Positions 7,205-14,989 of a DNA stretch of 64,000 bases are shown piece after piece (the first letter of the stretch is position 1; each line of letters begins with the position of its first letter). The position numbers and the translations under genes were made by a program. Origin of the DNA: a virus. Lineage: Duplodnaviria; Heunggongvirae; Uroviricota; Caudoviricetes. The notes beneath the pieces were generated by a model that saw only the letters and a program-made list of their open reading frames with translations, did not search any database and was not told the origin of the DNA. The DNA is taken from positions 108,420 to 172,419 of IMG/VR virus record IMGVR_UViG_3300037418_003161; one strand, given 5' to 3'.

Positions 7205-8296
7205 TTATTGAACAGAAAGCGTATATTGTCCTATCATAAATCGCTGTGGCGTATAAGGGGAAGTCGTGGATGCCATAACCTTTAAGTAAATGGGTCGGCT
7301 ACCTGTTGATATGGTTGTTAACCCAATATTGGTGGTCAAGGGGTCATCTACTACCTTTACCAAGTTTTTTTGTTTGTCGTAAACCTCAACCCTCGCATCA
7401 ATATTACCAAAGGTTGTCACACTAAAAGAAAGATTGGGGGAGTTCACCACATACATATCCTCATCATTTTGGGCTTCTAAATACCCTTTGGTTGAGGAAG
7501 GTTGTGTAATTTTTTTACCGTCAGTAAAAGTGGCCGGACAATCATCAACTTTGTAGGGCAGTATTTGAGCAATTATAGCAAAACAGTTTTGGGTGGCATT
7601 ATATTTGGTTTTACCATCACTAAAAGTGGTAATGCTATTGGTATAACTCTGACCCATAATTGGCGACCAACTAAGCTCTCCGCTGCCGCTACCAGTATTG
7701 TATTCATTAAGAAAATTTCCGGCAGAATCCAATAAAGCTTCATGTTTTAAACCCAACGTATGACCCGTTTCGTGGGAACAGGCTTCACCAATTTTTTTTT
7801 CATTGTTACCCAAAAGACCACTGAACACAAAACAAGGTGTGTTGCCCCCCCATGTGAATGAACCATTATAAGATGTTCCTCCGGCAGCACCAAACCATTC
7901 ATAGGTCGGAGTAACAACAACTTCAATTCTTTTATAAGGATTGGCGGCAAGATAATCACTCTTATTACGTGTCACCCTTACTTGGAAAGGTGAATAGTCT
8001 TCTGTCACCCTATCCAAAATAGCTTGTTTTTGTGCTTCCGTCAAGGTGGGAGCGGCACATACAATATCACCGGAAATATTCCAAACAGTATTGGAAACGG
8101 TTTCTCCTTCCATATTCAACCAAATAACGGATTCCAATGTTAAAGTTGAGGTACTTCCACCATGCTGATTAAGATTTTTGCTCTGCGCAACGTTTTCAAT
8201 ACAATCAGGTGCAGAAAGTTTTGGGGAAGTCAGTTCCGTTTTTTTGCAACTAACCAATAAGACCAAGGCTAAAATTAAGACATTAAACGATTTCAT
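7205..8296 (-). CDS. lipoprotein zinc metalloprotease (metzincin-like)
   Basis: Lipobox LLVSC after hydrophobic signal; HETGHTLGLKH zinc motif; downstream Met-turn-like SPIMG. Confidence 0.8.
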   Translation of the reverse strand: MKSFNVLILALVLLVSCKKTELTSPKLSAPDCIENVAQSKNLNQHGGSTSTLTLESVIWLNMEGETVSNTVWNISGDIVCAAPTLTEAQKQAILDRVTEDYSPFQVRVTRNKSDYLAANPYKRIEVVVTPTYEWFGAAGGTSYNGSFTWGGNTPCFVFSGLLGNNEKKIGEACSHETGHTLGLKHEALLDSAGNFLNEYNTGSGSGELSWSPIMGQSYTNSITTFSDGKTKYNATQNCFAIIAQILPYKVDDCPATFTDGKKITQPSSTKGYLEAQNDEDMYVVNSPNLSFSVTTFGNIDARVEVYDKQKNLVKVVDDPLTTNIGLTTISTGSRPIYLKVMASTTSPYTPQRFMIGQYTLSVQ

Positions 8297-8345
8297 ATGT
8301 TTTATTTAAAACAAAGATAAAACAACATTTTAAAAGTTGCAAATA

Positions 8346-8372
8346 AAAACCCGGAAATATTTCCGGGTTTTT
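8346..8372. terminator. CCCGGAAA-family palindrome
   Basis: AAAAACCCGGAAATATTTCCGGGTTTTT. Confidence 0.75.
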
Positions 8373-8394
8373 GAGATGTATATATACAAAGCAA

Positions 8395-9411
8395 TCAGCG
8401 AACAACCACGTTAAATCGGCTAACCGCTTCCTCCCGGATTTGGTCTTGGATAACGTTGATTTCATCATGGGTAAGAGTGCGCTCGTTGGAACGATAAACA
8501 ATACGGTAACAGCGGGATTCCTTCTCACCCTTTTTGAAGGTATCGATGCAAGCCAATTCTTCCACAAGGTCTTTACCATATTCCCGCACCATTTCTGAAA
8601 AGTCGTTGGGGGTGAAACCTTCACCAATCCAAAAGGCAATGTCCCGGCTAATTGGGGGAAAGTTGGAATAGGGTTTAAAATCCACCACCTTGCCGGAAGC
8701 AAACTGCTTGTGGAAGCGTTCATCTTCTGTCCAGAACAGCCGGATATCAGGAATTTTGAACAATATCATTGCCAACCGCTCAAGACCAAGACCAAAGGCC
8801 CAACCCTTGGCATGAGAAAGGTTGTTATTTTTCATAATTTCTTTATGAACCACACCACAACCAAGCACCTCCAACCACTTACCCTCGAATTTCACCTCCA
8901 CTTCGTAGCTTGGTTCAGTGAAAGGGAAAAAATCGGAACTGAACCTCCATTCGCAATTGGGGAACAGGGTCTCAATCAATCCACCCAATACAGACTTTAG
9001 GTTGGCTTCGATATCCACATCCTCAGTGGTGATGAACACACCCTCCATTTGGTGGAATATGGGGTAGTGGGTGGCATCAATATCGTCTTTGCGGTACACA
9101 TCCCCGGTAACGAGGAATTTGCGATGTCCGGTACTCATAAGCTGATTTTGGTGGGCAGAGGTATGGGTGCGCAAAACCTTATCTTCTTGGACATAATAGG
9201 TATCGGACAGGCTTCGGGCAGGATGGTCTTTGGGAATTAACAGCAAATCAAAATTGTCCTTGGTGGAAACCACCGGGTCAAGGCTGTCAAATTTTTCAAA
9301 ACTATCACCAAAGTAGTTGTAGATGATTTCTTTGATGATACTCAAAGGATGGTTTGGTGTGTTGTGCAGATTGCGGCCAATACGAAGCCGAATCGATTGA
9401 GGAATGTTCAT
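8395..9411 (-). CDS. pheS: monomeric (mitochondrial/organelle-type) phenylalanyl-tRNA synthetase
   Basis: NFDLLLIPKDHPARSLSDTYY, LRTHTSAHQ, GDVYRKDDIDATHYPIFHQMEG, FPFTEPS, WLEVLGCG, GWAFGLGLERLAM, then RDIAFW...CYRIVYRSNERTLT FDX-ACB domain in one 338 aa chain. Confidence 0.93.
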   Translation of the reverse strand: MNIPQSIRLRIGRNLHNTPNHPLSIIKEIIYNYFGDSFEKFDSLDPVVSTKDNFDLLLIPKDHPARSLSDTYYVQEDKVLRTHTSAHQNQLMSTGHRKFLVTGDVYRKDDIDATHYPIFHQMEGVFITTEDVDIEANLKSVLGGLIETLFPNCEWRFSSDFFPFTEPSYEVEVKFEGKWLEVLGCGVVHKEIMKNNNLSHAKGWAFGLGLERLAMILFKIPDIRLFWTEDERFHKQFASGKVVDFKPYSNFPPISRDIAFWIGEGFTPNDFSEMVREYGKDLVEELACIDTFKKGEKESRCYRIVYRSNERTLTHDEINVIQDQIREEAVSRFNVVVR

Positions 9412-9501
9412 AATGTTTATTTTTTTAGGATTGGGTAAACGACTATGAGAATAATAAATAAAAAAAATTAAAAAGTCAAATAAGGGGGTTACAATACCCC
9501 T

Positions 9502-9756
9502 TTAGTAAGTTTGTATATATTGAGAGGGAGGTTCCCTTTTGGCTTGCTGTCGCTTTTCTTTAAGTTTTTTATCATAATTGCGAATGTCTTCTTCCAACTG
9601 ATTGATACTCACGTTAAACCTTTTCAGGTCATCCCTGTATTGGTCATTGAGTTTGACCCTTAATTCATCGATGGGTTGAACAATTTTTTCCTGAACGAAT
9701 TTCCGCTTGGCCTCTTCAATTCTTTTAAGTGCTTCCTGCAAGAATTTTTTGCTCAT
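9502..9756 (-). CDS. hypothetical coiled-coil protein
   Basis: Start moved to ATG 9756; track start MFYLC is the promoter sequence. Confidence 0.6.
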   Translation of the reverse strand: MSKKFLQEALKRIEEAKRKFVQEKIVQPIDELRVKLNDQYRDDLKRFNVSINQLEEDIRNYDKKLKEKRQQAKREPPSQYIQTY

Positions 9757-9798
9757 GGAACAAAGATAAAACAATTATTTTAAAAACAAAATTAAAAT

Positions 9799-9825
9799 AA
9801 AAACCACGGAAATCCGGGGTTTTTT
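9799..9825. repeat. CCCGGAAA-family palindrome (one mismatch) in a divergent intergenic region
   Basis: AAAAACCACGGAAATCCGGGGTTTTT. Confidence 0.7.
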
Positions 9826-9829
9826 ATTG

Positions 9830-9837
9830 ATATTTAT
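9830..9837 (+). promoter_or_regulatory. putative late promoter ATATTTAT (exemplar)
   Basis: Sense-strand ATATTTAT upstream of late-type genes: - strand 6521, 7156, 12547, 16935, 17314, 19851, 33599; + strand 27368, 33620, 46417, 56149, 57875. Confidence 0.65.
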
Positions 9838-9841
9838 AAAC

Positions 9842-10126
9842 ATGAAAATGTTTCCACTTTTAATGGAGATGGGCCGCATGAATAATGAAAGAAGAAAACT
9901 TTTAGACCACGCCAAAAAAACCTTTGTTGGTGATTATGGTGAGTTTAAGATAAAAGACATAAAGTGGCAGAAAGAAAAATTCTACCTCATTATAGATTGG
10001 AATTTTAAGGGAGCTACTGGTGGATTTACTGAAGAAGGACTATCAACTTTTGAGGATATGATTGATGATATAGCGACATTATACGGCAGAAAAGCAACTT
10101 GGTATAGAAGACCATTCCAACATTAA
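9842..10126 (+). CDS. small YFG-family protein
   Basis: ATG 9842; MKMFPLLME..KKTFVG..FKIKDI..IATLYGRKATWY. Confidence 0.65.
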   Translation: MKMFPLLMEMGRMNNERRKLLDHAKKTFVGDYGEFKIKDIKWQKEKFYLIIDWNFKGATGGFTEEGLSTFEDMIDDIATLYGRKATWYRRPFQH

Positions 10127-10160
10127 ACCTTACTGGTGATTATGCTGAATATGAAATAAA

Positions 10161-10182
10161 AAAACCCCGGAAATCCGGGGTC
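10161..10182. terminator. CCCGGAAA-family palindrome between convergent genes
   Basis: AAAACCCCGGAAATCCGGGGTC. Confidence 0.8.
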
Positions 10183-10218
10183 TATTGTGAAAGTCGCATG
10201 TGTCTATTAATAAATAGC

Positions 10219-11829
10219 TCAAACTTCCAAAGACCACACATATTTTATCACACCACAATCATATATCCTATAAATTTTCCGTTCGAACATAATTTCTTTT
10301 TCAGTTTTCCCGTTGACATCAAATCCCTCTTTTTTCAACTGCGCCTTGGTGAAGTTTAAACGATGGAATCTTCGCCCATTTATAACATACCAATAATTGG
10401 GAAGTGAATGGCTTACCTTTTTAAAACCCAATCGTAGATAGGCATCCCCATTAAATATTCTTCTGTCGGCCATGGTGATAACTTTGGTTGGCTTATAGGT
10501 TTCCAAAAAATATTGGAATAATTTGTTTGCTGCACCATGCACAGTGGTAAATATTTTATTTGCAAATCTGACCATTTCATAAACATTTCTCTCATACTTC
10601 CCGATTCCCTTTCTTACCATACCAAACGACATTACAGATATCAATTCACCATTTGAAAATAATCCCAACCGGATACTTGCTTTGGCATATCCCTGAATGT
10701 GGTTGGCTTCAATAAACGCCTTATATGTTTTATTATCAAGTTCCTGAAGAACGGTTTTTCTACCAAACACCTTATTGGGTGTGAGACCAATTTTATTTAA
10801 AATGATGGATTCAACGATGGATGGTTTCAAAATAATTTCATCATCAAAAAAATGTATGAGATGCACATCGTTCTGTTCTGCCGCCAGCGTTTTATTTAAA
10901 TGAAAATCAGGCTCAACAAACAATTCATTGTGGTGGTATACACCATTGCATTCAATACCCAATTTCTGTTGGGGGAGATATGCATCGATTTCTTGTTTTC
11001 CTTTTAACAACCCCCTTTTGTTTTTTTCAAAGGCTACTTGGTGTCTTTCCAATATATCAAATATCATTCGTTGGGGGCTACTGTCATTTGCAACACCCAA
11101 TGGGAAGCAAATAATACAGGGGTTGTTGTTTACTGCATGTCTTTCTCTGAACACCTGTTTGTGAACTACTACTTCGTTGCCGCAGGAAGCACAGATAAAC
11201 GTACAAAAATGTTTGGTATCTTTTTCTTTTATAAAATTATACACATCAAATCCTTCTCTACTATAAAACACTTCCTTCATTTGGTCTTTAAACCTATCGG
11301 ATTGTGCATATTGTTCCACACCATATCTTTCTTTGTTGGTCTTTTTTCTTTTATCAAGGTTATTATAAGTGGGGTTGCCATATTTTTTCCGTTTTGTCTG
11401 CATCATCTTTTTAGGGTTATTGAAGGTCTCCGACCCGTACCGTTCCTTTTTGGTTGTTTTGGTCTTGTCTTCCCATAACTTATGTTGAGAGAAGAAATCA
11501 ACCCCGTATTTTTCCTGATTTGTTTTTTTTACACGCTTGGTGTTTTCTTCTATCTTACCATTGAAACAGGACTGTGAGCAAAACTCATTAAACCCTTTTT
11601 GGAGTGTTCCTCGAAAATTCACAGACTTTCCACAAATACACCTTTTTTGTGTTTTAATGTCATTTATGAAATACCACACCTTTTCTTTGAAAGAAAGACC
11701 CTCCATTTTATGTTGGAGCGCAAATGTTTGAATTGCAGCATAAACTTCAGGAAAATTCTTATGAAGCAAACGTTCATTGGTTTTCCATCCGCTTTTATTA
11801 TCTGAAATAAAAAATTCTTTATAGTCCAT
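10219..11829 (-). CDS. free-standing homing-endonuclease-like protein (Zn finger + KYG repeats + Vsr-like nuclease + GNAT-like C-terminus), copy 1
   Basis: CICG..FCSQSC; KTNQEKYGV repeats; EIDAYLP..LGIECNGVYHH..LIHFFDDE; HIQG..MVRFA..GAANKLF..TMADRR. Confidence 0.8.
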   Translation of the reverse strand: MDYKEFFISDNKSGWKTNERLLHKNFPEVYAAIQTFALQHKMEGLSFKEKVWYFINDIKTQKRCICGKSVNFRGTLQKGFNEFCSQSCFNGKIEENTKRVKKTNQEKYGVDFFSQHKLWEDKTKTTKKERYGSETFNNPKKMMQTKRKKYGNPTYNNLDKRKKTNKERYGVEQYAQSDRFKDQMKEVFYSREGFDVYNFIKEKDTKHFCTFICASCGNEVVVHKQVFRERHAVNNNPCIICFPLGVANDSSPQRMIFDILERHQVAFEKNKRGLLKGKQEIDAYLPQQKLGIECNGVYHHNELFVEPDFHLNKTLAAEQNDVHLIHFFDDEIILKPSIVESIILNKIGLTPNKVFGRKTVLQELDNKTYKAFIEANHIQGYAKASIRLGLFSNGELISVMSFGMVRKGIGKYERNVYEMVRFANKIFTTVHGAANKLFQYFLETYKPTKVITMADRRIFNGDAYLRLGFKKVSHSLPNYWYVINGRRFHRLNFTKAQLKKEGFDVNGKTEKEIMFERKIYRIYDCGVIKYVWSLEV

Positions 11830-11850
11830 TTAAAACAAAGATAAATAAAA

Positions 11851-11871
11851 ATACCGGATTTTACCGGGATT
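11851..11871. repeat. degenerate CCGG palindrome
   Basis: ATACCGGATTTTACCGGGATT. Confidence 0.45.
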
Positions 11872-11918
11872 TCCAAGTGAATCAATATTCTCATATTGTT
11901 GTTCACAATGGGTACAAA

Positions 11919-11952
11919 TAAAAAATTCCATGCAGAAATATGCATGGAATTT
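11919..11952 (-). terminator. intrinsic terminator after tail tube gene
   Basis: AAATTCCATGCA-gaaata-TGCATGGAATTT. Confidence 0.75.
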
Positions 11953-12007
11953 GAAGTAATATAAATACTTGATAGATGTTATAACATATATAAATTTTAT
12001 ATAATAA

Positions 12008-12496
12008 CTAAAACACCTGAATGCACCTATCCGGCTGAATCGTAACCTGAATCTCGGCTAGTCCTTCTTCCGCATAGCTCAGGTCTTGGAAGTTCATATC
12101 GGTAATCATTGCGCCTTGGATAATCCAACGTTCAACAACAACACCACTTGGGTCAAGCATGTCGAGTTCAATGTCTTTCTTATAAGATACTGCATACCCC
12201 ATTCTACCAGTTACAGATTCGGCATGTTCTCTAAACCACTCCATCAAGGCTTGAGAAGCTGAAGGCCCAATTGGGTCACGGAACGTGATAGAAATAGCGT
12301 CCCATTTAAATCTACCCGCAACAAAGGTTGACGTGTTTAAGAATGGAATTTCAACCGCACCGATTGTTGCTTTCGGACGTGCCGCAGTTGAGACATACCA
12401 CTCGTTGATACCCATCGTTGATGGGAAACGAACCACGAACCTGTTTTTCTTCTTAGGCTCAAATGGAATTGGTAATTTTGAAAGAAGTGTTGCCAT
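12008..12496 (-). CDS. tail tube protein (T4 gp19-like)
   Basis: FEPKKKNRFVVRF..IPFLNTSTFVAGRFKWDAISITFRD..WFREH..YKKDIELDMLDP..ERWIIQGA..LSY..IQVTIQPD. Confidence 0.9.
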   Translation of the reverse strand: MATLLSKLPIPFEPKKKNRFVVRFPSTMGINEWYVSTAARPKATIGAVEIPFLNTSTFVAGRFKWDAISITFRDPIGPSASQALMEWFREHAESVTGRMGYAVSYKKDIELDMLDPSGVVVERWIIQGAMITDMNFQDLSYAEEGLAEIQVTIQPDRCIQVF

Positions 12497-12578
12497 ATTT
12501 ATATTTATGTTTTATATTTTATTACGGTAATCATTAACCGTTAGATATAAATATGTTGCACTTAAAAAAATTTAAAGA

Positions 12579-14192
12579 ATGGAGAAAGAATTATTTACTT
12601 TTTTTACAACTGACAATAAAAGCGGGTGGAAAACGAGGGAAGACAGACTGAGGAACTACGATAATAAATTATGTGAAGCCATTCTTTTGTATACAAACCA
12701 TTTAACTCTTTCATTTAAAGAAAGGATATATCACTACATATATCAAATCAAAGAAATCCCCAAATGTAAAAACTGTAATAAGGAATTAGTATTTGGAAGG
12801 TCGATTCAGGAAGGATATGGAACGTATTGTTCCATGTTGTGTATGAACAAATGTGATGAACATAAAAAGAAGGCGAGAGAAGCAATGGACTACGACACCA
12901 CTTTTGAAAAAATAAAAAAAACAAATTTAGAAAGGTATGGGGTTGAGAATATTTTTTCAAAAACTGATTTTATTAAAAATAAAATGATTGAAAAATATGG
13001 GGTGTCGCACCCAACACATATCAATGGTATCATTGAAAAAAGAACGCAAACAAATAAAAAGAAATACGGAGCAGTTGTAGCGGTAGCTAATAAAGAATAC
13101 CTTAAAAACAAAAAAGAAGTCCATTTAAAATCCTTGTCTGAAAAATATTCTGTTCAAATTAAAGACAGGTATAATGATAATATTTTAGCGTTATGTACAT
13201 ACCATGTGGTGTGTGATAGGTGTAACAATGAATACTTAATAAAAAAACCAACATTCGATTATAGAATCAAAAGAAGAATTAACCCTTGTATATTTTGTAA
13301 TCCTCTCAACGAAAACGATTCTCTCATTCAAAAGGAACTTTTTGCACAAATTTCCGGCCTAACCCAAAATGTTCTTTATAACACAAAAGAGATTATACCC
13401 CCAAAAGAATTAGACATATATTTTCCCAATGAAAAATTTGCGGTTGAGTTTAACGGGCTTTATTGGCACTCTGATAAATTGAAAGAAAAAACCTATCATT
13501 TGAATAAACTTAAACTGTGTGAAGAGCGTGGAATAAGGTTAATACAAATTTTCGAAGATGAATGGTTAGGAAAATCAAATATTGTTATTTCACTAATAAA
13601 GGCAAAATTAGGAGCATTGTCACATAAAATATATGCCCGGAAATGCACCATAAAAGAGGTTTCGTTTGTTGATGCTAAAGAATTCCTTGATAGCAGTCAC
13701 CTCCAAGGCAATTGTGTATCCAAATATCGGTATGGTTTATATTTTAAAGATGAACTTATGATGATAATGACGTTTGGTAAAAAAAGAAAAAACTTGGGGG
13801 AAAACCATGTTGAAGGGGAATATGAACTACTTAGGCTCTGTAGTAAAACAGATACATCAATAATTGGTGGCGCAAGCAAACTCCTTAATCATTTTATTGA
13901 GAAACACAACCCCAAAAAAATTATTTCATATGCCGATAAACGGTATTCAGATGGAAAAGTATATGATAGTTTAAACTTCAAATATGAACATGATTCACCA
14001 CCAAACTATTATTATTTGGATAAAACAAACTTCAAACGCATCAACAGATTCAACTTTCGCAAAGACGTATTGGTGAGAGAGGGATATGACATAAATAAAA
14101 CTGAAAAAGAGATAATGGAAGAGAGGGGTTATTCAAGAATTTATGATTGTGGAAACAAAAAATACGTTTTAGAATGTGGAAAACTTTTTTAG
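12579..14192 (+). CDS. homing-endonuclease-like protein, copy 2 (paralog of 10219-11829)
   Basis: Same FF.DNKSGWKT.E N-terminus; ELDIYFP..AVEFNGLYWH..IQIFEDEW; HLQG..LLRLC..GGASKLL..SYADKR. Confidence 0.8.
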   Translation: MEKELFTFFTTDNKSGWKTREDRLRNYDNKLCEAILLYTNHLTLSFKERIYHYIYQIKEIPKCKNCNKELVFGRSIQEGYGTYCSMLCMNKCDEHKKKAREAMDYDTTFEKIKKTNLERYGVENIFSKTDFIKNKMIEKYGVSHPTHINGIIEKRTQTNKKKYGAVVAVANKEYLKNKKEVHLKSLSEKYSVQIKDRYNDNILALCTYHVVCDRCNNEYLIKKPTFDYRIKRRINPCIFCNPLNENDSLIQKELFAQISGLTQNVLYNTKEIIPPKELDIYFPNEKFAVEFNGLYWHSDKLKEKTYHLNKLKLCEERGIRLIQIFEDEWLGKSNIVISLIKAKLGALSHKIYARKCTIKEVSFVDAKEFLDSSHLQGNCVSKYRYGLYFKDELMMIMTFGKKRKNLGENHVEGEYELLRLCSKTDTSIIGGASKLLNHFIEKHNPKKIISYADKRYSDGKVYDSLNFKYEHDSPPNYYYLDKTNFKRINRFNFRKDVLVREGYDINKTEKEIMEERGYSRIYDCGNKKYVLECGKLF

Positions 14193-14326
14193 GCCAATGG
14201 ACTTGACTTATTGAATTTTATTTACAATATTTAATAAGGATATATTATATAGTATATATTAATATAATATATTGGTATTAATATTATTAATATATAGTTT
14301 CTACTCAGCAAATAAAAACCAACTCT

Positions 14327-14512
14327 ATGAAAATAGAAATCCAAAGGAATGAGACAAGTTATCCAATCGTGTATGATAATGTAGAAAACGCATACACTAA
14401 AGGGTCGATGTATTGTGTCATGTTTATTAAGGATGGTGAAAGGGTAACACATAAATACCCGTTATGCAGCATCTTTAGAGTGGTTGAAGATTATAATAAG
14501 TCTAAACAATAA
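14327..14512 (+). CDS. hypothetical protein
   Basis: 61 aa, ATG with A-rich upstream. Confidence 0.55.
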   Translation: MKIEIQRNETSYPIVYDNVENAYTKGSMYCVMFIKDGERVTHKYPLCSIFRVVEDYNKSKQ

Positions 14513-14641
14513 TGCTGATTAGAGTCAAAATCTTTAAAAACCAATACACATAAAGATTATGGAACAGATTATTATTCCTCAAGAATGGTTAGAAAACTTC
14601 ACTAGAGAAGAAATCCAAAATGATTTATTTGAAAGACAGGG

Positions 14642-14989
14642 ATGAATCTTAAGAACACTATTAAATTTATACAAGGGAAAACTTTTAGTTTCGAGACATC
14701 AGGTCTTTATTCTTATAAAGAAATGATGCATACTGCTAAGATTCATTATGTTTCTTTAAAAAATAAAAAACAATTAATTGTTGGAGTAAGTTCAAATACC
14801 TCTCAACGAAGAATGGATTTGATAAGAGGTGTTGAATGTTTTTTATTGAAATATTATGGTCTTAAAGGGACTTATTCCACTTACAGAAACCATAAGAAAG
14901 GAAAAATCGATGATGTCCACCGTATAAGTGGTTTTGTAATATATGTTAACCCAAAAGAGGTCTTCAACATATTAGTCAAGTTAACTTAA
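14642..14989 (+). CDS. small YFG-family protein
   Basis: AT-rich; IKFIQGKTF..KIHYVSL..LLKYYGLKG. Confidence 0.55.
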   Translation: MNLKNTIKFIQGKTFSFETSGLYSYKEMMHTAKIHYVSLKNKKQLIVGVSSNTSQRRMDLIRGVECFLLKYYGLKGTYSTYRNHKKGKIDDVHRISGFVIYVNPKEVFNILVKLT

